In this document: piece by piece, positions 28,913-39,142 of the stretch
Numbering within the stretch: the stretch's first letter is position 1
Layout: every line of letters begins with the position of its first letter
DNA from: Vulcanimicrobiota bacterium
GTDB taxonomy: Bacteria; Vulcanimicrobiota; Vulcanimicrobiia; Vulcanimicrobiales; Vulcanimicrobiaceae
Length of the DNA stretch: 64,000 nt
Direction: 5' to 3'
NCBI GenBank assembly: GCA_963777315.1
Contig: CAVZQC010000002.1
Coordinates: forward strand, 864,704 to 928,703
Position numbers and translations under genes: made by a program
Notes under the pieces: generated by a model
Told to the model about the DNA's origin: nothing
Databases searched by the model: none
The model's input: the letters and a program-made list of their open reading frames with translations, nothing else

Positions 28913-29820
28913 GCGGGAGCCTGGGCCCGTTCCATCGCCTGATACGCTTTGCTCGTGAGATCGTGGCCCAGCACGCCGGCGATAAAGCGCGAGGCTGCGC
29001 GCACTTTGTGCAAGTCGACGCCGGTGCGAATACCCATGCCGTGCAGCATGTACAGCAAATCCTCGGTGCCCAAGTTGCCGGTCGCGCCGGGTGCGTACGG
29101 ACAGCCGCCCAAGCCTCCGCTGCTGGAATCGAACGTCGCGATGCCGTTTTGCAGGGCGGCGTACACGTTGACCAGCGCGGTGCCGCGCGTGTCGTGAAAG
29201 TGAAACGCGAGCTTTCCGGGCGGAATTTCCCGCGCGAGCATCGGAACCAGCTCGTCGACTTGGCTGGGTACCGCAACGCCGATCGTGTCGCCGATCGAAA
29301 GTTCGTCGCATCCCATATCCAGCAGCTTGCGGCTCACGTCGACGACCGTTTCGGGATGCACCGCATCTCCGAACGGCGATCCGAACGCAGTTGAAATGTA
29401 GCCACGCACCCACATGGCGTTTTGCTTAGCGTTGCGCACGACGTCGCGGAACGTCTCGAGCGATTCGTCGATCGTCATGTTGATGTTGCGTTTGGTGAAT
29501 TCGTGCGAAGCGGCAGTGAACACCGCAATCGCTTCCGCGCCGGCAGCTTTGGCGCGCTCCAAACCGTTGACGTTGGGGGTCAGCACCGGGTAGCGAACGC
29601 CGGGGCGCTTATGTATGCCCGCAAAGACCTGCGCTGCGTCGGACAGCTGCGGAACGGCCTTCGGACTGACGAACGAGGTCGCCTCGATCACCGGCAAACC
29701 GGACTCGGACAACAGATCGATGTAGCGAATCTTGTCCTCGGCGCGAACCGCTGCATGTTCGTTTTGAAGTCCGTCCCGCGGCCCCATTTCGCACACGGTC
29801 ACAAACGTCGGAATGCTCAT
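28909..29820 (-). CDS. liuE: Hydroxymethylglutaryl-CoA lyase
   Basis: EMGPRDGLQNE, HFHDTRG, GLGGCPYAPGATGN. Confidence 0.93.
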   Translation of the reverse strand: MSIPTFVTVCEMGPRDGLQNEHAAVRAEDKIRYIDLLSESGLPVIEATSFVSPKAVPQLSDAAQVFAGIHKRPGVRYPVLTPNVNGLERAKAAGAEAIAVFTAASHEFTKRNINMTIDESLETFRDVVRNAKQNAMWVRGYISTAFGSPFGDAVHPETVVDVSRKLLDMGCDELSIGDTIGVAVPSQVDELVPMLAREIPPGKLAFHFHDTRGTALVNVYAALQNGIATFDSSSGGLGGCPYAPGATGNLGTEDLLYMLHGMGIRTGVDLHKVRAASRFIAGVLGHDLTSKAYQAMERAQAPA

Positions 29821-30614
29821 ACGCTTTTGGAGGCTTCGACGCGGCCGCGCGGTTGCGCTCCCAAAAACCTCGTGACGGCGCGCAAAGTCAGCGGCCAGAC
29901 GCGATCGTTGGCCAAAAATCCTTTGCTGAGCATGATGAGCGGCTCGAAATGCCCGATCACGTTCATGTGATTGGCGTGCGGGCCGACGATGAAATGCGCC
30001 GGTATGCGGCTTCCCAAGGTTGCCGAATCGCCCCATACCAGCCCGTCGTTGTCGCCGCCGCGCGACGGCACGAGGCCGGCGATCGACAGCATTTTGGCAC
30101 CCGGCGGACCGATCCACGGCTCGCCGTCGAGCACCCAGTCGTAGCGCCAGCGTGAGGTCAGTTTCCAATGGCCCGACGTGCCGTTGAGCCACGTGATGAA
30201 ATCGGAGTAGATGTCCATTTCGCCGAAGGCCTTGTCCGGAGTGCGCAGCAGCGCATGAATTTGCGGCAGCATGTAGGTCTGCACGCCCCAATTCGGCGTG
30301 GCGATCATGATGGTGTGGCTGATTTCGCTCGCGCGATGCGGGTAGCGCCGTAGAAAGGCGCGCACGACCAAACCGCCCAGCGAATACCCCAGCAAAACGA
30401 TCGGAAAAGCATGGCCGTTCTGCTTGAGCTGCGTCACGAAACGCGCGAAGCGATCGATCCGCTCGTCCAGCGTGTCGTCGAATTCGCCGAACGTGATCGA
30501 GTCGATTCCATAGGCGTCCAGTCCTGGCACGAGCGCGGTGCCGCGACGCAGCAGGTCGAAGTGCTCGGGCGGTTCGTTGTAGCCCGGCACCATGATCATC
30601 GTGCGTGGAATCAC
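29817..30614 (-). CDS. Alpha/beta hydrolase (lipase-like)
   Basis: GYSLGG nucleophile elbow, ATPNWG, NDGLV, NHM. Confidence 0.75.
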   Translation of the reverse strand: MIPRTMIMVPGYNEPPEHFDLLRRGTALVPGLDAYGIDSITFGEFDDTLDERIDRFARFVTQLKQNGHAFPIVLLGYSLGGLVVRAFLRRYPHRASEISHTIMIATPNWGVQTYMLPQIHALLRTPDKAFGEMDIYSDFITWLNGTSGHWKLTSRWRYDWVLDGEPWIGPPGAKMLSIAGLVPSRGGDNDGLVWGDSATLGSRIPAHFIVGPHANHMNVIGHFEPLIMLSKGFLANDRVWPLTLRAVTRFLGAQPRGRVEASKSV

Positions 30615-32521
30615 TGCAGTTCGAGTAACAGCGCCTCGCTGGGAACGATGTCGCCTTCGCGCACGTGGATCGCGCGCACCGTGCCCGCGCCGGGCGCTTC
30701 GATGCGGTGCTCCATCTTCATCGCTTCCAAAACGATCAGGAGATCGTGCATGTCGACCGTGTCGGCATCGCCGACCGCGACCTTGACGATTTTGCCCGGC
30801 ATGGGCGAAAGAATGCGGCCGCCTGCGTGCGCGCCCGAGCCGTGGCCGCCGCTTTCGCCGTCGGGGGCTGCGGCGAAAGTCAACGTCCATGCGCGGCCGT
30901 CCGCGTGCACCGTGACCGCGCGGTCGTGCACGATGCTTTGGCGCAATGCGGGCTGATCCAAACGCAGTTCGCCGGCGTAGTCGCCGCTTGCGCGCCAGAC
31001 GTTGGGATCCGGGCCGGCCGCGGCTTCGATCGTGATCCGTCGCGGGCCGTACTGCAGCTGCAGCGGAATGCCGACGCCGCCGATTCGCCAGGGCGCGCGC
31101 CGCGCGCGCAGCAACGCTGCAGCCGCAAGCCGCACAGCTTGCTCGGGCACGTCCTGCGCGCTGAAGATCGATTCGTCCAGCCGTTCCTGCAGAAAACTCG
31201 TGCTGGTCTCACCCTTGCGAAACGCTCGATCGCGAGCGATCCACAGCAGCAGCGGAACGTTGGTGCGAACGCCCGCAACCGCGAAGTCTTCCAGCGCAAG
31301 CGTGAGCCGTTCGATCGCAGCGTCGCGGTCCTCGGCCCAGACGATCAGCTTGGCCAGCATGGGATCGTAGTACACGGACACGTCGCTGCCGGTCTCTACT
31401 CCCGCGTCAACGCGGATGCCCGGACCTTGCGGCGGCTGCCAAAGCGCGATGCTGCCGGTAGACGGCAGCATTTTGTTGGCCGGATCTTCGGCGTAAATGC
31501 GCGTTTCGATCGCCCAGCCGCGCGGCTGCACGTGAGCCTGATCTACGGTCAAGCGTTCGCCGTTGGCGATTCGCAGCTGCCAATGAACCAGATCGATCCC
31601 GTACGTCAGCTCCGTTACTGGATGCTCGACCTGCAGGCGCGCGTTCATCTCCAGAAAGTAGTACTTGCCGTCTTGGTCGAGCATGAATTCGCAGGTTCCG
31701 GCATTGACGTAGTTCACCGATGCCGCAGCCCGTACCGCGGAAGCGCCCATTTCGGCGCGCAACTGGGGCGAGAGCGCAACCGAAGGCGCTTCTTCGACGA
31801 TCTTCTGATGGCGCCGCTGAATGGAACACTCGCGTTCACCCACGTGAATGATGTTGCCGTGGGCGTCGCCCAAAATTTGGAACTCGATATGCCGCGGACG
31901 CACGAGGTAACGTTCCAGGAGCACCGCATCGTTGCCGAACGCTGCCAGCGCTTCGCGTTTGGCGGCTTCCAACGCTTCGTCGAACTGCTCGAGCGATTCT
32001 ACCAGGCGCATGCCGCGGCCGCCTCCGCCCGCGCTGGCCTTGATCAGCAGCGGCAAACCCACGCGCGCGGCTTGCTCGCGAAGGCGCGCCGGCGATTGAT
32101 CGTCGCCGTCGTAACCCGGAACAACCGGGACGCCCGATGCGCGCACGCGCTGCTTGGCTTCGATTTTGCTCCCCATCGCCGCCATGGCCTGCGGCGAGGG
32201 TCCGACGAAAATCAATCCCGCGTCCGCTACGGCTTGTGCGAACTCCGCGCGTTCGGAGAGAAAACCGTAACCCGGATGCACGGCATCCGCGCGCAGGCTC
32301 TTTGCCGCCGCAACGATGGCCTCGGCGTTCAAATACGATTGCGCCGCCGGGGCCGGACCCACGCATGCCGCGTCCTGAACGAACTGCAGGTGAAACGCGC
32401 CGGAGTCCGCTTGCGAATAAATGCCCAGCGGCGTAATGCCCAGTTCGCGCGCGCCGCGCGCGACGCGTACCGCGATCTCGCCGCGATTGGCGATCAGCAG
32501 ACGCGCAATCACGCGCTCCAA
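30611..32521 (-). CDS. liuD: 3-methylcrotonyl-CoA carboxylase alpha (biotin) subunit
   Basis: IANRGEIA, HPGYGFLSE, EMNARLQVEH, EAMKM. Confidence 0.9.
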   Translation of the reverse strand: MERVIARLLIANRGEIAVRVARGARELGITPLGIYSQADSGAFHLQFVQDAACVGPAPAAQSYLNAEAIVAAAKSLRADAVHPGYGFLSERAEFAQAVADAGLIFVGPSPQAMAAMGSKIEAKQRVRASGVPVVPGYDGDDQSPARLREQAARVGLPLLIKASAGGGGRGMRLVESLEQFDEALEAAKREALAAFGNDAVLLERYLVRPRHIEFQILGDAHGNIIHVGERECSIQRRHQKIVEEAPSVALSPQLRAEMGASAVRAAASVNYVNAGTCEFMLDQDGKYYFLEMNARLQVEHPVTELTYGIDLVHWQLRIANGERLTVDQAHVQPRGWAIETRIYAEDPANKMLPSTGSIALWQPPQGPGIRVDAGVETGSDVSVYYDPMLAKLIVWAEDRDAAIERLTLALEDFAVAGVRTNVPLLLWIARDRAFRKGETSTSFLQERLDESIFSAQDVPEQAVRLAAAALLRARRAPWRIGGVGIPLQLQYGPRRITIEAAAGPDPNVWRASGDYAGELRLDQPALRQSIVHDRAVTVHADGRAWTLTFAAAPDGESGGHGSGAHAGGRILSPMPGKIVKVAVGDADTVDMHDLLIVLEAMKMEHRIEAPGAGTVRAIHVREGDIVPSEALLLELQ

Positions 32522-33291
32522 CTCGCTTTGCGCCGCTCGAGGAAAGCGCGCAAACCTTCCTGACCTTCGGGAGTGGTACGCTGCTCGGCGATCGCGCGCG
32601 CAGTCAAATCTCGCGATTGATCGTAGGTGGACGCGAGCACGCGCGGAACGAGCGCTTTGATCGCCGCCACTGCTTTGGGACCGGCGCTGCAGATCTCGTC
32701 AAGCACTCGTTCGATGCACACCTCCAGCGTATCGGCGACGACGACTTCGTGGACCAAACCGATGTGGTGCGCGCGCTTGGCGTCGAAACGCTCGCCGGTC
32801 AAAAACAGCGCGCGTGCGTTCGAGAGACCGATTTTTGCCAGCACGAACGGCGAAATGACCGCGGGAACGATGCCCAGCTTGACCTCGGTAAATCCAAAAA
32901 CGGCATCGGCGCTTGCGATGCCGACGTCGCAGACTGCTGCAAGCCCGGCTCCGCCGCCCAGCGCGGCTCCGTGGATCCTGGCGATAACCGGCTTGGGGCA
33001 ACGGTCGATGGCGCGAAACATATCCGACATTGCCTGCGCGCCCGCCACGTTTTCGCCGTAGCGCAGATCGAGCGACTCGCGCATCCAAGCGATGTCCGCA
33101 CCGCCGCAAAAGACTTTTCCTTCGCCCGACAGCACGATGGCGCGCACGCTCTCGTCCGCGCCCAGCTCGCGAAACGTGCGGCCCAACGCCTCGATCAACT
33201 CCGCGTTGAAGGCATTGCGAACCTCCGGGCGATTCAAGCGCACGTACGCTACCTGACCCTCTTGGGAACGCTGCAGAACCTGGGTGGCCAT
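32509..33291 (-). CDS. liuC: Methylglutaconyl-CoA hydratase (crotonase)
   Basis: LNRPEVRNAF, GGGAGL, EVKLGIVPAVISPFV; liu context. Confidence 0.85.
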   Translation of the reverse strand: MATQVLQRSQEGQVAYVRLNRPEVRNAFNAELIEALGRTFRELGADESVRAIVLSGEGKVFCGGADIAWMRESLDLRYGENVAGAQAMSDMFRAIDRCPKPVIARIHGAALGGGAGLAAVCDVGIASADAVFGFTEVKLGIVPAVISPFVLAKIGLSNARALFLTGERFDAKRAHHIGLVHEVVVADTLEVCIERVLDEICSAGPKAVAAIKALVPRVLASTYDQSRDLTARAIAEQRTTPEGQEGLRAFLERRKASWSA

Positions 33292-33358
33292 GGCGCCCCG
33301 TTCGTGCGCGGAGGGGCGCATACATCCACATCGTGGGGTAAAAGCGTTACACTTGAGG

Positions 33359-34165
33359 ATGATGCAGGAACGCAAGGTCGTTTATCGGCATTCCGCAGCC
33401 ACGCGCGTTACGCACTGGCTGTTTTTCATTGCGTTCTTGGCGCTGGTGAGCAGCGGGCTGCAGATTTTCAATGCGGCGCCGTATCTGGATGCCTCCGATA
33501 AGACCGATGCATCGCACCGCGTGCTGCAAATCGGCTCGCCTTCCAGCGGCGTGGGAACCGCCACGATATTCGGGCACACGCTGCGAACCACGGGCTGGCT
33601 GGGCTGGGCCGACGACGGCATGGGCGGCCGGACTGCGCGGGCATTCCCCGGATGGATCACCATTCCGGCGTATCAGGACTTGGCTTCGGGCCGGCGCTGG
33701 CATCTGTTTTTTGCCTGGATCATGATCCTTTGCGGCATCGGCTACCTCGTCTGGGGATTCGCGCGGCGCGATCTGCGCGAACTGGTGCTGCGCCCGCGCG
33801 ACGTACGCAATATTCTGCCGATGCAGCTCTATTATCTGCGGCTGCGCAAGGACGCGCCCGCGCACGGCAAATACAACCCGCTGCAGAAAACCTCGTACAC
33901 GCTGGTGCTCTTCGTGCTCGCGCCGCTGCTGGTGCTCAGCGGCTTGGCGCTTTCGCCCGGATTCGATGCGTGGATGCCGTGGCTTACGCACGTCTTGGGA
34001 GGCAGGCAATACGCGCGGTTATGGCATTTTGCCGCCATGCTCGCGCTGATCGGATTTTTCATCGTGCACGTCGTACTCGTGTGCACGACGGGGCTCTTCA
34101 ACCATCTGCGCTCGATGGTTACAGGCAGCTATCGCTTGGGCGCGCACGACGGAACCGGAATATGA
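33359..34165 (+). CDS. Di-haem cytochrome b subunit
   Basis: RVTHW, RRWHLFF, KYNPLQK, ARLWHF..VHV. Confidence 0.85.
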   Translation: MMQERKVVYRHSAATRVTHWLFFIAFLALVSSGLQIFNAAPYLDASDKTDASHRVLQIGSPSSGVGTATIFGHTLRTTGWLGWADDGMGGRTARAFPGWITIPAYQDLASGRRWHLFFAWIMILCGIGYLVWGFARRDLRELVLRPRDVRNILPMQLYYLRLRKDAPAHGKYNPLQKTSYTLVLFVLAPLLVLSGLALSPGFDAWMPWLTHVLGGRQYARLWHFAAMLALIGFFIVHVVLVCTTGLFNHLRSMVTGSYRLGAHDGTGI

Positions 34166-34902
34166 AGCGCAAATCCTTCGTCGCCGCCGGCATCGCGGCC
34201 GGGTTGGCGGGCTGCTCGCAAATCGGCACCAAGCTCAACGACAACCCGGGCTTTCACGGCGTGCTCGAAAGTGCCGAAGGGCTCAACGAGCGCATCATCG
34301 GCACGCGCGGGCGCGTGCGCCTCTACAAACCCGCCGACATTTCGCGCGACTTTCCCATCGATTCGTTGGATACGCCCTCTGATGCGCGCTATACCGCGCT
34401 GGTTGCGGACGGTTATCGGTCGTACCGTTTGCCAGTCGACGGTCTGGTCGACCGGCCGGCGGTGATGACGCTCGCGCAACTGCGGGACATGATGAAGGTT
34501 ACGCAGATAACGCGCCACGACTGCGTCGAGGGGTGGAGCGTGGTGGCACAATGGCAAGGCGTGCGGCTAGCGGACGTGCTTGCGGTGGCGCAGCCGCGGC
34601 TGGGGGCGCGATACGTCGTTTTTCACTCGTTCGACAGCGATTCCAGCGGCACGCCGTACTACGAGAGTTTGAGTTTGGAACAAGCCGCGCACCCGCAAAC
34701 GCTGCTCGCCTTAGCGCAAAACGGCGCGCCGATCACCGCCGACCGCGGCGCGCCCGTGCGCCTGACCGTTCCCACGCAGCTGGGCTATAAAAGCGCCAAA
34801 TGGGTGCGGCGCATCGAGGTGGTTGCTTCGCTGCGGGGCATCGGGGCCGGCAAAGGCGGATACTGGGAAGATCAGGGCTACGAGTGGTATGCCGGAATCT
34901 GA
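34162..34902 (+). CDS. Molybdopterin-dependent oxidoreductase (MsrP/sulfite-oxidase family)
   Basis: HDCVEGWS, GAPVRL, LGYKSAKW, GGYWEDQGY; lipobox LAGC. Confidence 0.88.
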   Translation: MKRKSFVAAGIAAGLAGCSQIGTKLNDNPGFHGVLESAEGLNERIIGTRGRVRLYKPADISRDFPIDSLDTPSDARYTALVADGYRSYRLPVDGLVDRPAVMTLAQLRDMMKVTQITRHDCVEGWSVVAQWQGVRLADVLAVAQPRLGARYVVFHSFDSDSSGTPYYESLSLEQAAHPQTLLALAQNGAPITADRGAPVRLTVPTQLGYKSAKWVRRIEVVASLRGIGAGKGGYWEDQGYEWYAGI

Positions 34903-34916
34903 AGTCGAAGGCTGCG

Positions 34917-35633
34917 ATGATGATTCGATTCGTTTCGCATGCCTTGACGGCGCTGGCCGTAACCGTTGTCGCCGCCGCTGCGCTCGTCGCCGGCGCTGCA
35001 TCCGCTCCGCAGTTCGATAAACGGCCGCCCGGAACGATCGTGCAGGACGTTCCGGCGTATCTTTCGGGCGAGGGCATGAGCTCGCGCTGGCACGTCGTTG
35101 CAAGTCGCGAGCAAGTGGGCATGCAGATGGGCAAAACCCCCGCGTACCAATGGTATCTGTCGGTCTATGCGCCCGCGCGCGGCGACGCCTTGAATCTCGT
35201 CTATCGATCGCCGGGATCGGGCTCGGAGCTGTTGACGAAAGTGACCAAAGCGCAGGGCGCGCAAATGTATTTTCCGGCGCAGGATCTCAAGATCGTCGGC
35301 GCCGGCGAACTGGAACGTTCCGGCGTGCAGGACGTCGTCGTCTGGAGCCATGAAAGCGGTGCGGATTGCGGGATGGCGTCGGTCACGGTGCTGGGCGCGC
35401 AAAGCACACGTGTACAGCTGCGAGCGCACATCGTGAACTATTGCGAGTTGGACGCGTCGGTCGTGCGCAACGGATCGCTGCAGGCGGTGCAGCTCAAAGG
35501 GCCGTATTACGCGCCCTCGTCGCCGGTCTGCTGTCCGGCCAAACCGAACGTGACTGCGATCCTTTCGTTGGAGGGCGGCCGCGTGAGCATCAAGCCGCGT
35601 TACTTCTCAGCGCCAGCCACACGCCCGCGATAA
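34917..35633 (+). CDS. Secreted hypothetical protein
   Basis: Signal peptide; C-terminal CCP motif. Confidence 0.65.
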   Translation: MMIRFVSHALTALAVTVVAAAALVAGAASAPQFDKRPPGTIVQDVPAYLSGEGMSSRWHVVASREQVGMQMGKTPAYQWYLSVYAPARGDALNLVYRSPGSGSELLTKVTKAQGAQMYFPAQDLKIVGAGELERSGVQDVVVWSHESGADCGMASVTVLGAQSTRVQLRAHIVNYCELDASVVRNGSLQAVQLKGPYYAPSSPVCCPAKPNVTAILSLEGGRVSIKPRYFSAPATRPR

Positions 35634-36441
35634 CGAGCGCCGCTCCCAGCAACTCACGCGCGCCGAAGTGCTCGCCGCCCAGCAGCACCCCGACCGCGAC
35701 GGCAATGATCGGCGTGATCAGCGCGGACAGCCCGATGATCCAGGCCGGAATGCGCTGCAGCAGCCAGAGGTTGAGAAAGAACGCCATGCAGCTCCCCGCA
35801 AGCGCGAGGTAGAGCAGCGCGCCCCACGACGGCAGTGAAAACGCGCGGGCGATCTGCACGCGTTCGGTCGCAAAGCCGCAGGCGGCCACAATCGTTCCCG
35901 CGATGAGCATTGCGGGCGGCAGCGTGATGAACGGGTCGTTCTCGGCATGACGCTTGGCATAGACGTTGGCGAAAGCCGATGACGCTGCGGCGCCGACGGC
36001 GGCAAGCGCATACCATGTCGAGCCCTGCGCGCCGGCCTGCAGCGATATCACCGCTACGCCGCCGAACGCTATCACCGCTCCCGCCCACGTTGCCGCGCTC
36101 GTGCGTTCGCGCAGCAGATAGTGCCCCATGCCGAACATGAAGAACGGCAACACGCCGAAGAGCACTGCCGTCAGCCCCGAACTGACGTGCGTTTCGGCAG
36201 TATACGTCAAGATGTAGTTCAAACCGAAAAGAAACGCGGCCAAAACCAGCACGAGTTTCCACGGCACCGCGCGCGCGGGAACGAGTTTGTGCAGCACGGC
36301 CGCTGCCGCATACATGACCAGGCCCGCGATGATGAATCGCAAGCCGGCGCCGGCAATGGGCGAAACGTATGCCAGACTGACTTTTATTCCGAACCACGTC
36401 GTGCCCCAGATACCGCACATGAGCGCGTAAGCGCCCGCCAC
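35590..36441 (-). CDS. EamA/DMT family transporter (start uncertain)
   Basis: IWGTTWFGIK, LRFIIAG; about 10 TM helices. Confidence 0.85.
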   Translation of the reverse strand: MAGAYALMCGIWGTTWFGIKVSLAYVSPIAGAGLRFIIAGLVMYAAAAVLHKLVPARAVPWKLVLVLAAFLFGLNYILTYTAETHVSSGLTAVLFGVLPFFMFGMGHYLLRERTSAATWAGAVIAFGGVAVISLQAGAQGSTWYALAAVGAAASSAFANVYAKRHAENDPFITLPPAMLIAGTIVAACGFATERVQIARAFSLPSWGALLYLALAGSCMAFFLNLWLLQRIPAWIIGLSALITPIIAVAVGVLLGGEHFGARELLGAALVIAGVWLALRSNAA

Positions 36442-36460
36442 GAGTATTCGCGGCGCGCGG

Positions 36461-36703
36461 TTAGGCGCCGAAGAGATACTCTTTGGGCGTCGTGTGCCCG
36501 CCGAAAAATGCGGTGATGTCGACACCGTACAGGTCCGCCAGGCGCTGCAGACTCTCTTCCTCGAGCGCGCTTTGCGCGTCTTCCGCAGCGGCAAGTCTGC
36601 TGACTTCCACGCCGGCGAGCCGCGCAGCATCGTCGAGCGAGATGCCCAGCCGGACCCGGTGCGATTCGAGCTCTTGAGCGACGCGCTCGAGAATGTCGGC
36701 CAC
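36461..36703 (-). CDS. XRE-like HTH protein
   Basis: GISLDDAARLAGV...LQRLADLYGVDITAFF. Confidence 0.7.
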   Translation of the reverse strand: MADILERVAQELESHRVRLGISLDDAARLAGVEVSRLAAAEDAQSALEEESLQRLADLYGVDITAFFGGHTTPKEYLFGA

Positions 36704-36748
36704 GATGCCTTTATGTTCCCTTTTCCGCCCCGATGTAGCGGATCCACT

Positions 36749-36967
36749 TCAAAAACAACGCCGGCGTCGTTGCCAAGCTGTTCGGATCTCCGTACCGGTG
36801 GGATATTGCGCGACAAGGACGCTCGTGGGTTCGCCGCTGCGCAGGAACGTGAAGTCGAACAGTACCGGCAGTTTTACGGCCTGGGACCACGTCGCATCGA
36901 TCGTGCCGTTCATGTGCGGAGCAGCCGCGAGCATCGGAACGGCGACGGAGAAGGAATCGCCATTCAC
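36749..36967 (-). pseudogene. Short fragment resembling the N-terminus of a CBM9-like sugar-binding domain protein
   Basis: AAAPHMNGTIDATWSQAVKLPVLFDFTF...EPTSVLVAQ then diverges; GTGA overlap with upstream stop. Confidence 0.35.
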
Positions 36968-37491
36968 CCATCGAGCGGCATGCGGCGCACCCCGGGAGGA
37001 TACGAGCTCGGATTGCGTTCCATGAAATCCTGTGAGAGTACGGCGAGATACTCGAAGTTCTCCCAGATGCCCGGGTCCACTGCCCGACGTATGCGCGTTA
37101 TGGGCAGCATCGCGTTCCAACACGAAACCACGACGCTGCACCAGAGATCGCAAGCAATCCGCCGGTCGATGATGTCGAAGCGAACGAATGCGCCCATCGA
37201 TTCGAAAAAGTTTGCGACGTTGCCGGCGGGACGCAATTCCGCTGGAAAAAACGGTTCGGCGAGCCGGAGCTGCACCTGTGGGTCTTTCATGAGCTGGGGA
37301 ACGCGCTGCGCTAAAAATTGGCGCGCGTCTTGAAAATCGGACGATTCGAGCGTCTCGCGACACTCTGTGAGCGCAACGATTTGATTGCTGCCGCGCATGT
37401 GCCGCAGTTGCAGAAGCGCCGCCGCGGCCGAGGCCGCGATGACGGCGAACGTGCCGGCCGTCGCAGCCGCCGTCAGCCACTCAGCAGTCAT
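36964..37491 (-). CDS. DUF4760-like protein
   Basis: N-terminal TM; NFFESMGAFV; WENFEYLA. Confidence 0.7.
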   Translation of the reverse strand: MTAEWLTAAATAGTFAVIAASAAAALLQLRHMRGSNQIVALTECRETLESSDFQDARQFLAQRVPQLMKDPQVQLRLAEPFFPAELRPAGNVANFFESMGAFVRFDIIDRRIACDLWCSVVVSCWNAMLPITRIRRAVDPGIWENFEYLAVLSQDFMERNPSSYPPGVRRMPLDG

Positions 37492-37500
37492 GCCGCCGTT

Positions 37501-39084
37501 TCACATGCGAAACACGCCGAAGCTCGTCGGAGCAATCGGCGCATGCCAGGCTGCGTCAAGGCCAATCGCGATGACCTTGCGGGTGTCGAGCGGATCGATG
37601 ATCCCGTCGTCCCACAAGCGCGCGGTGGAGTAGTAGGGACTGCCTTCGCGCTCGTACTTCTCTAGGATCGGCTGCTCGAATTCGGCTTTGCGTTCGGGCG
37701 TCATTTCGCCTTTGACGGTGGACAGCACGCCGGCAGCTTGCGGGCCGCCCATCACGGAGATGCGCGCATTGGGCCACATCCAGAGCTGGCGGGGCGAATA
37801 CGCGCGACCGCACATCCCGTAATTGCCCGCACCGAAGCTGCCGCCGATGACGACGGTGAACTTGGGCACTTGCGCGCATGCGACGGCGGTAACGAGTTTG
37901 GCGCCGTCCTTGGCAATGCCGCCGTTTTCATACTCCTTGCCGACCATGAAGCCCGTGATGTTCTGCAGAAACAGCAGCGGCGTTCCGCGCTGCACGCACA
38001 GTTCGATGAAGTGCGCGCCCTTGAGCGAGCTCTCGCTGAACAAGATGCCGTTGTTGGCGACGATACCGATGGGATGCCCTTCGATCCGGGCGAATCCCGT
38101 GACCAGCGTGGTGCCGTATCGGGCTTTGAACTCGTGGAACTGCGAACCGTCCACCAACCGCGCGATGACTTCGCGCACGTCGTAGCCGACCCGGCTGTCG
38201 GCGGGAATGACGCCGTAGATTTCAGAGGGATCGTGTTTGGGCGGCTGCGGCGGGCAGACGTCCCATTGCCGCGGTAGTTCGCGATGGAGATTCGATACGA
38301 TCGAACGCACGATGCCCAGCGCGTGCTCGTCGTCGTCCGCGAAATGATCGGCCACGCCGGAAATGCGCGTGTGCACGTCCGCGCCTCCCAGTTCTTCGGC
38401 GGTGACTTCCTCGCCGGTCGCGGCTTTGACCAGCGGAGGACCGCCCAAAAATATCGTGCCGTTCCCTTTGACGATGACCGTTTCGTCCGACATCGCGGGT
38501 ACGTAAGCGCCGCCGGCGGTGCACGATCCCATGACCGCCGCGATCTGCGGAATTTTTTTCGCCGACATGCGCGCCTGGTTGTAAAAGATGCGCCCAAAAT
38601 GATCGCGATCGGGAAAGACCTCGGCCTGCAGCGGCAAAAAGGCGCCACCGGAATCGACCAGGTAAATGCACGGAAGGTGGTTCTGCTCGGCGATTTCCTG
38701 CGCGCGCAAATGTTTTTTGACCGTCATCGGGTAGTACGTGCCGCCCTTGACGGTGGCATCGTTGGCCACGATGATGCAGTGCTGTCCTTGCACGATGCCG
38801 ATTCCCGTAACCATCCCGGCCGAGGGTGCATCATCCCCGTACATGCCGCCGGCCGCCAACGCCGACAGCTCCAAAAAATCGGCGCCCGGATCGAGGAGCC
38901 GGTCGATGCGTTCGCGCGCGGTCAGCTTGCCTCGCTTTCGGTGTTTTTGCGTGGCTTGCGGGCCGCCGCCCGCGCGAACTGCGCCCAGCGCATCCCGCAG
39001 CCTGGACACCATGCCGGACATACGCTCGAAGTTGCGCGAATAGGCGTCGCGGCGCCGGTCGAGACGCGTCTGCAGTGTGCTCAC
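37501..39084 (-). CDS. liuB: 3-methylcrotonyl-CoA carboxylase beta subunit
   Basis: [43 protein letters not shown]. Confidence 0.93.
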   Translation of the reverse strand: MSTLQTRLDRRRDAYSRNFERMSGMVSRLRDALGAVRAGGGPQATQKHRKRGKLTARERIDRLLDPGADFLELSALAAGGMYGDDAPSAGMVTGIGIVQGQHCIIVANDATVKGGTYYPMTVKKHLRAQEIAEQNHLPCIYLVDSGGAFLPLQAEVFPDRDHFGRIFYNQARMSAKKIPQIAAVMGSCTAGGAYVPAMSDETVIVKGNGTIFLGGPPLVKAATGEEVTAEELGGADVHTRISGVADHFADDDEHALGIVRSIVSNLHRELPRQWDVCPPQPPKHDPSEIYGVIPADSRVGYDVREVIARLVDGSQFHEFKARYGTTLVTGFARIEGHPIGIVANNGILFSESSLKGAHFIELCVQRGTPLLFLQNITGFMVGKEYENGGIAKDGAKLVTAVACAQVPKFTVVIGGSFGAGNYGMCGRAYSPRQLWMWPNARISVMGGPQAAGVLSTVKGEMTPERKAEFEQPILEKYEREGSPYYSTARLWDDGIIDPLDTRKVIAIGLDAAWHAPIAPTSFGVFRM

Positions 39085-39142
39085 GTCCGCGCGTTTCTTC
39101 CAATGGCGCTTTAACCCCGTCTAGCACGGCGTTCGCTACACT

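Noticed and set aside
30665..32563. Long plus-strand ORF (632 aa) and similar ORFs such as 40466..42121 and 53771..55513
   Set aside because: Shadow ORFs typical of high-GC DNA, overlapping well-supported genes
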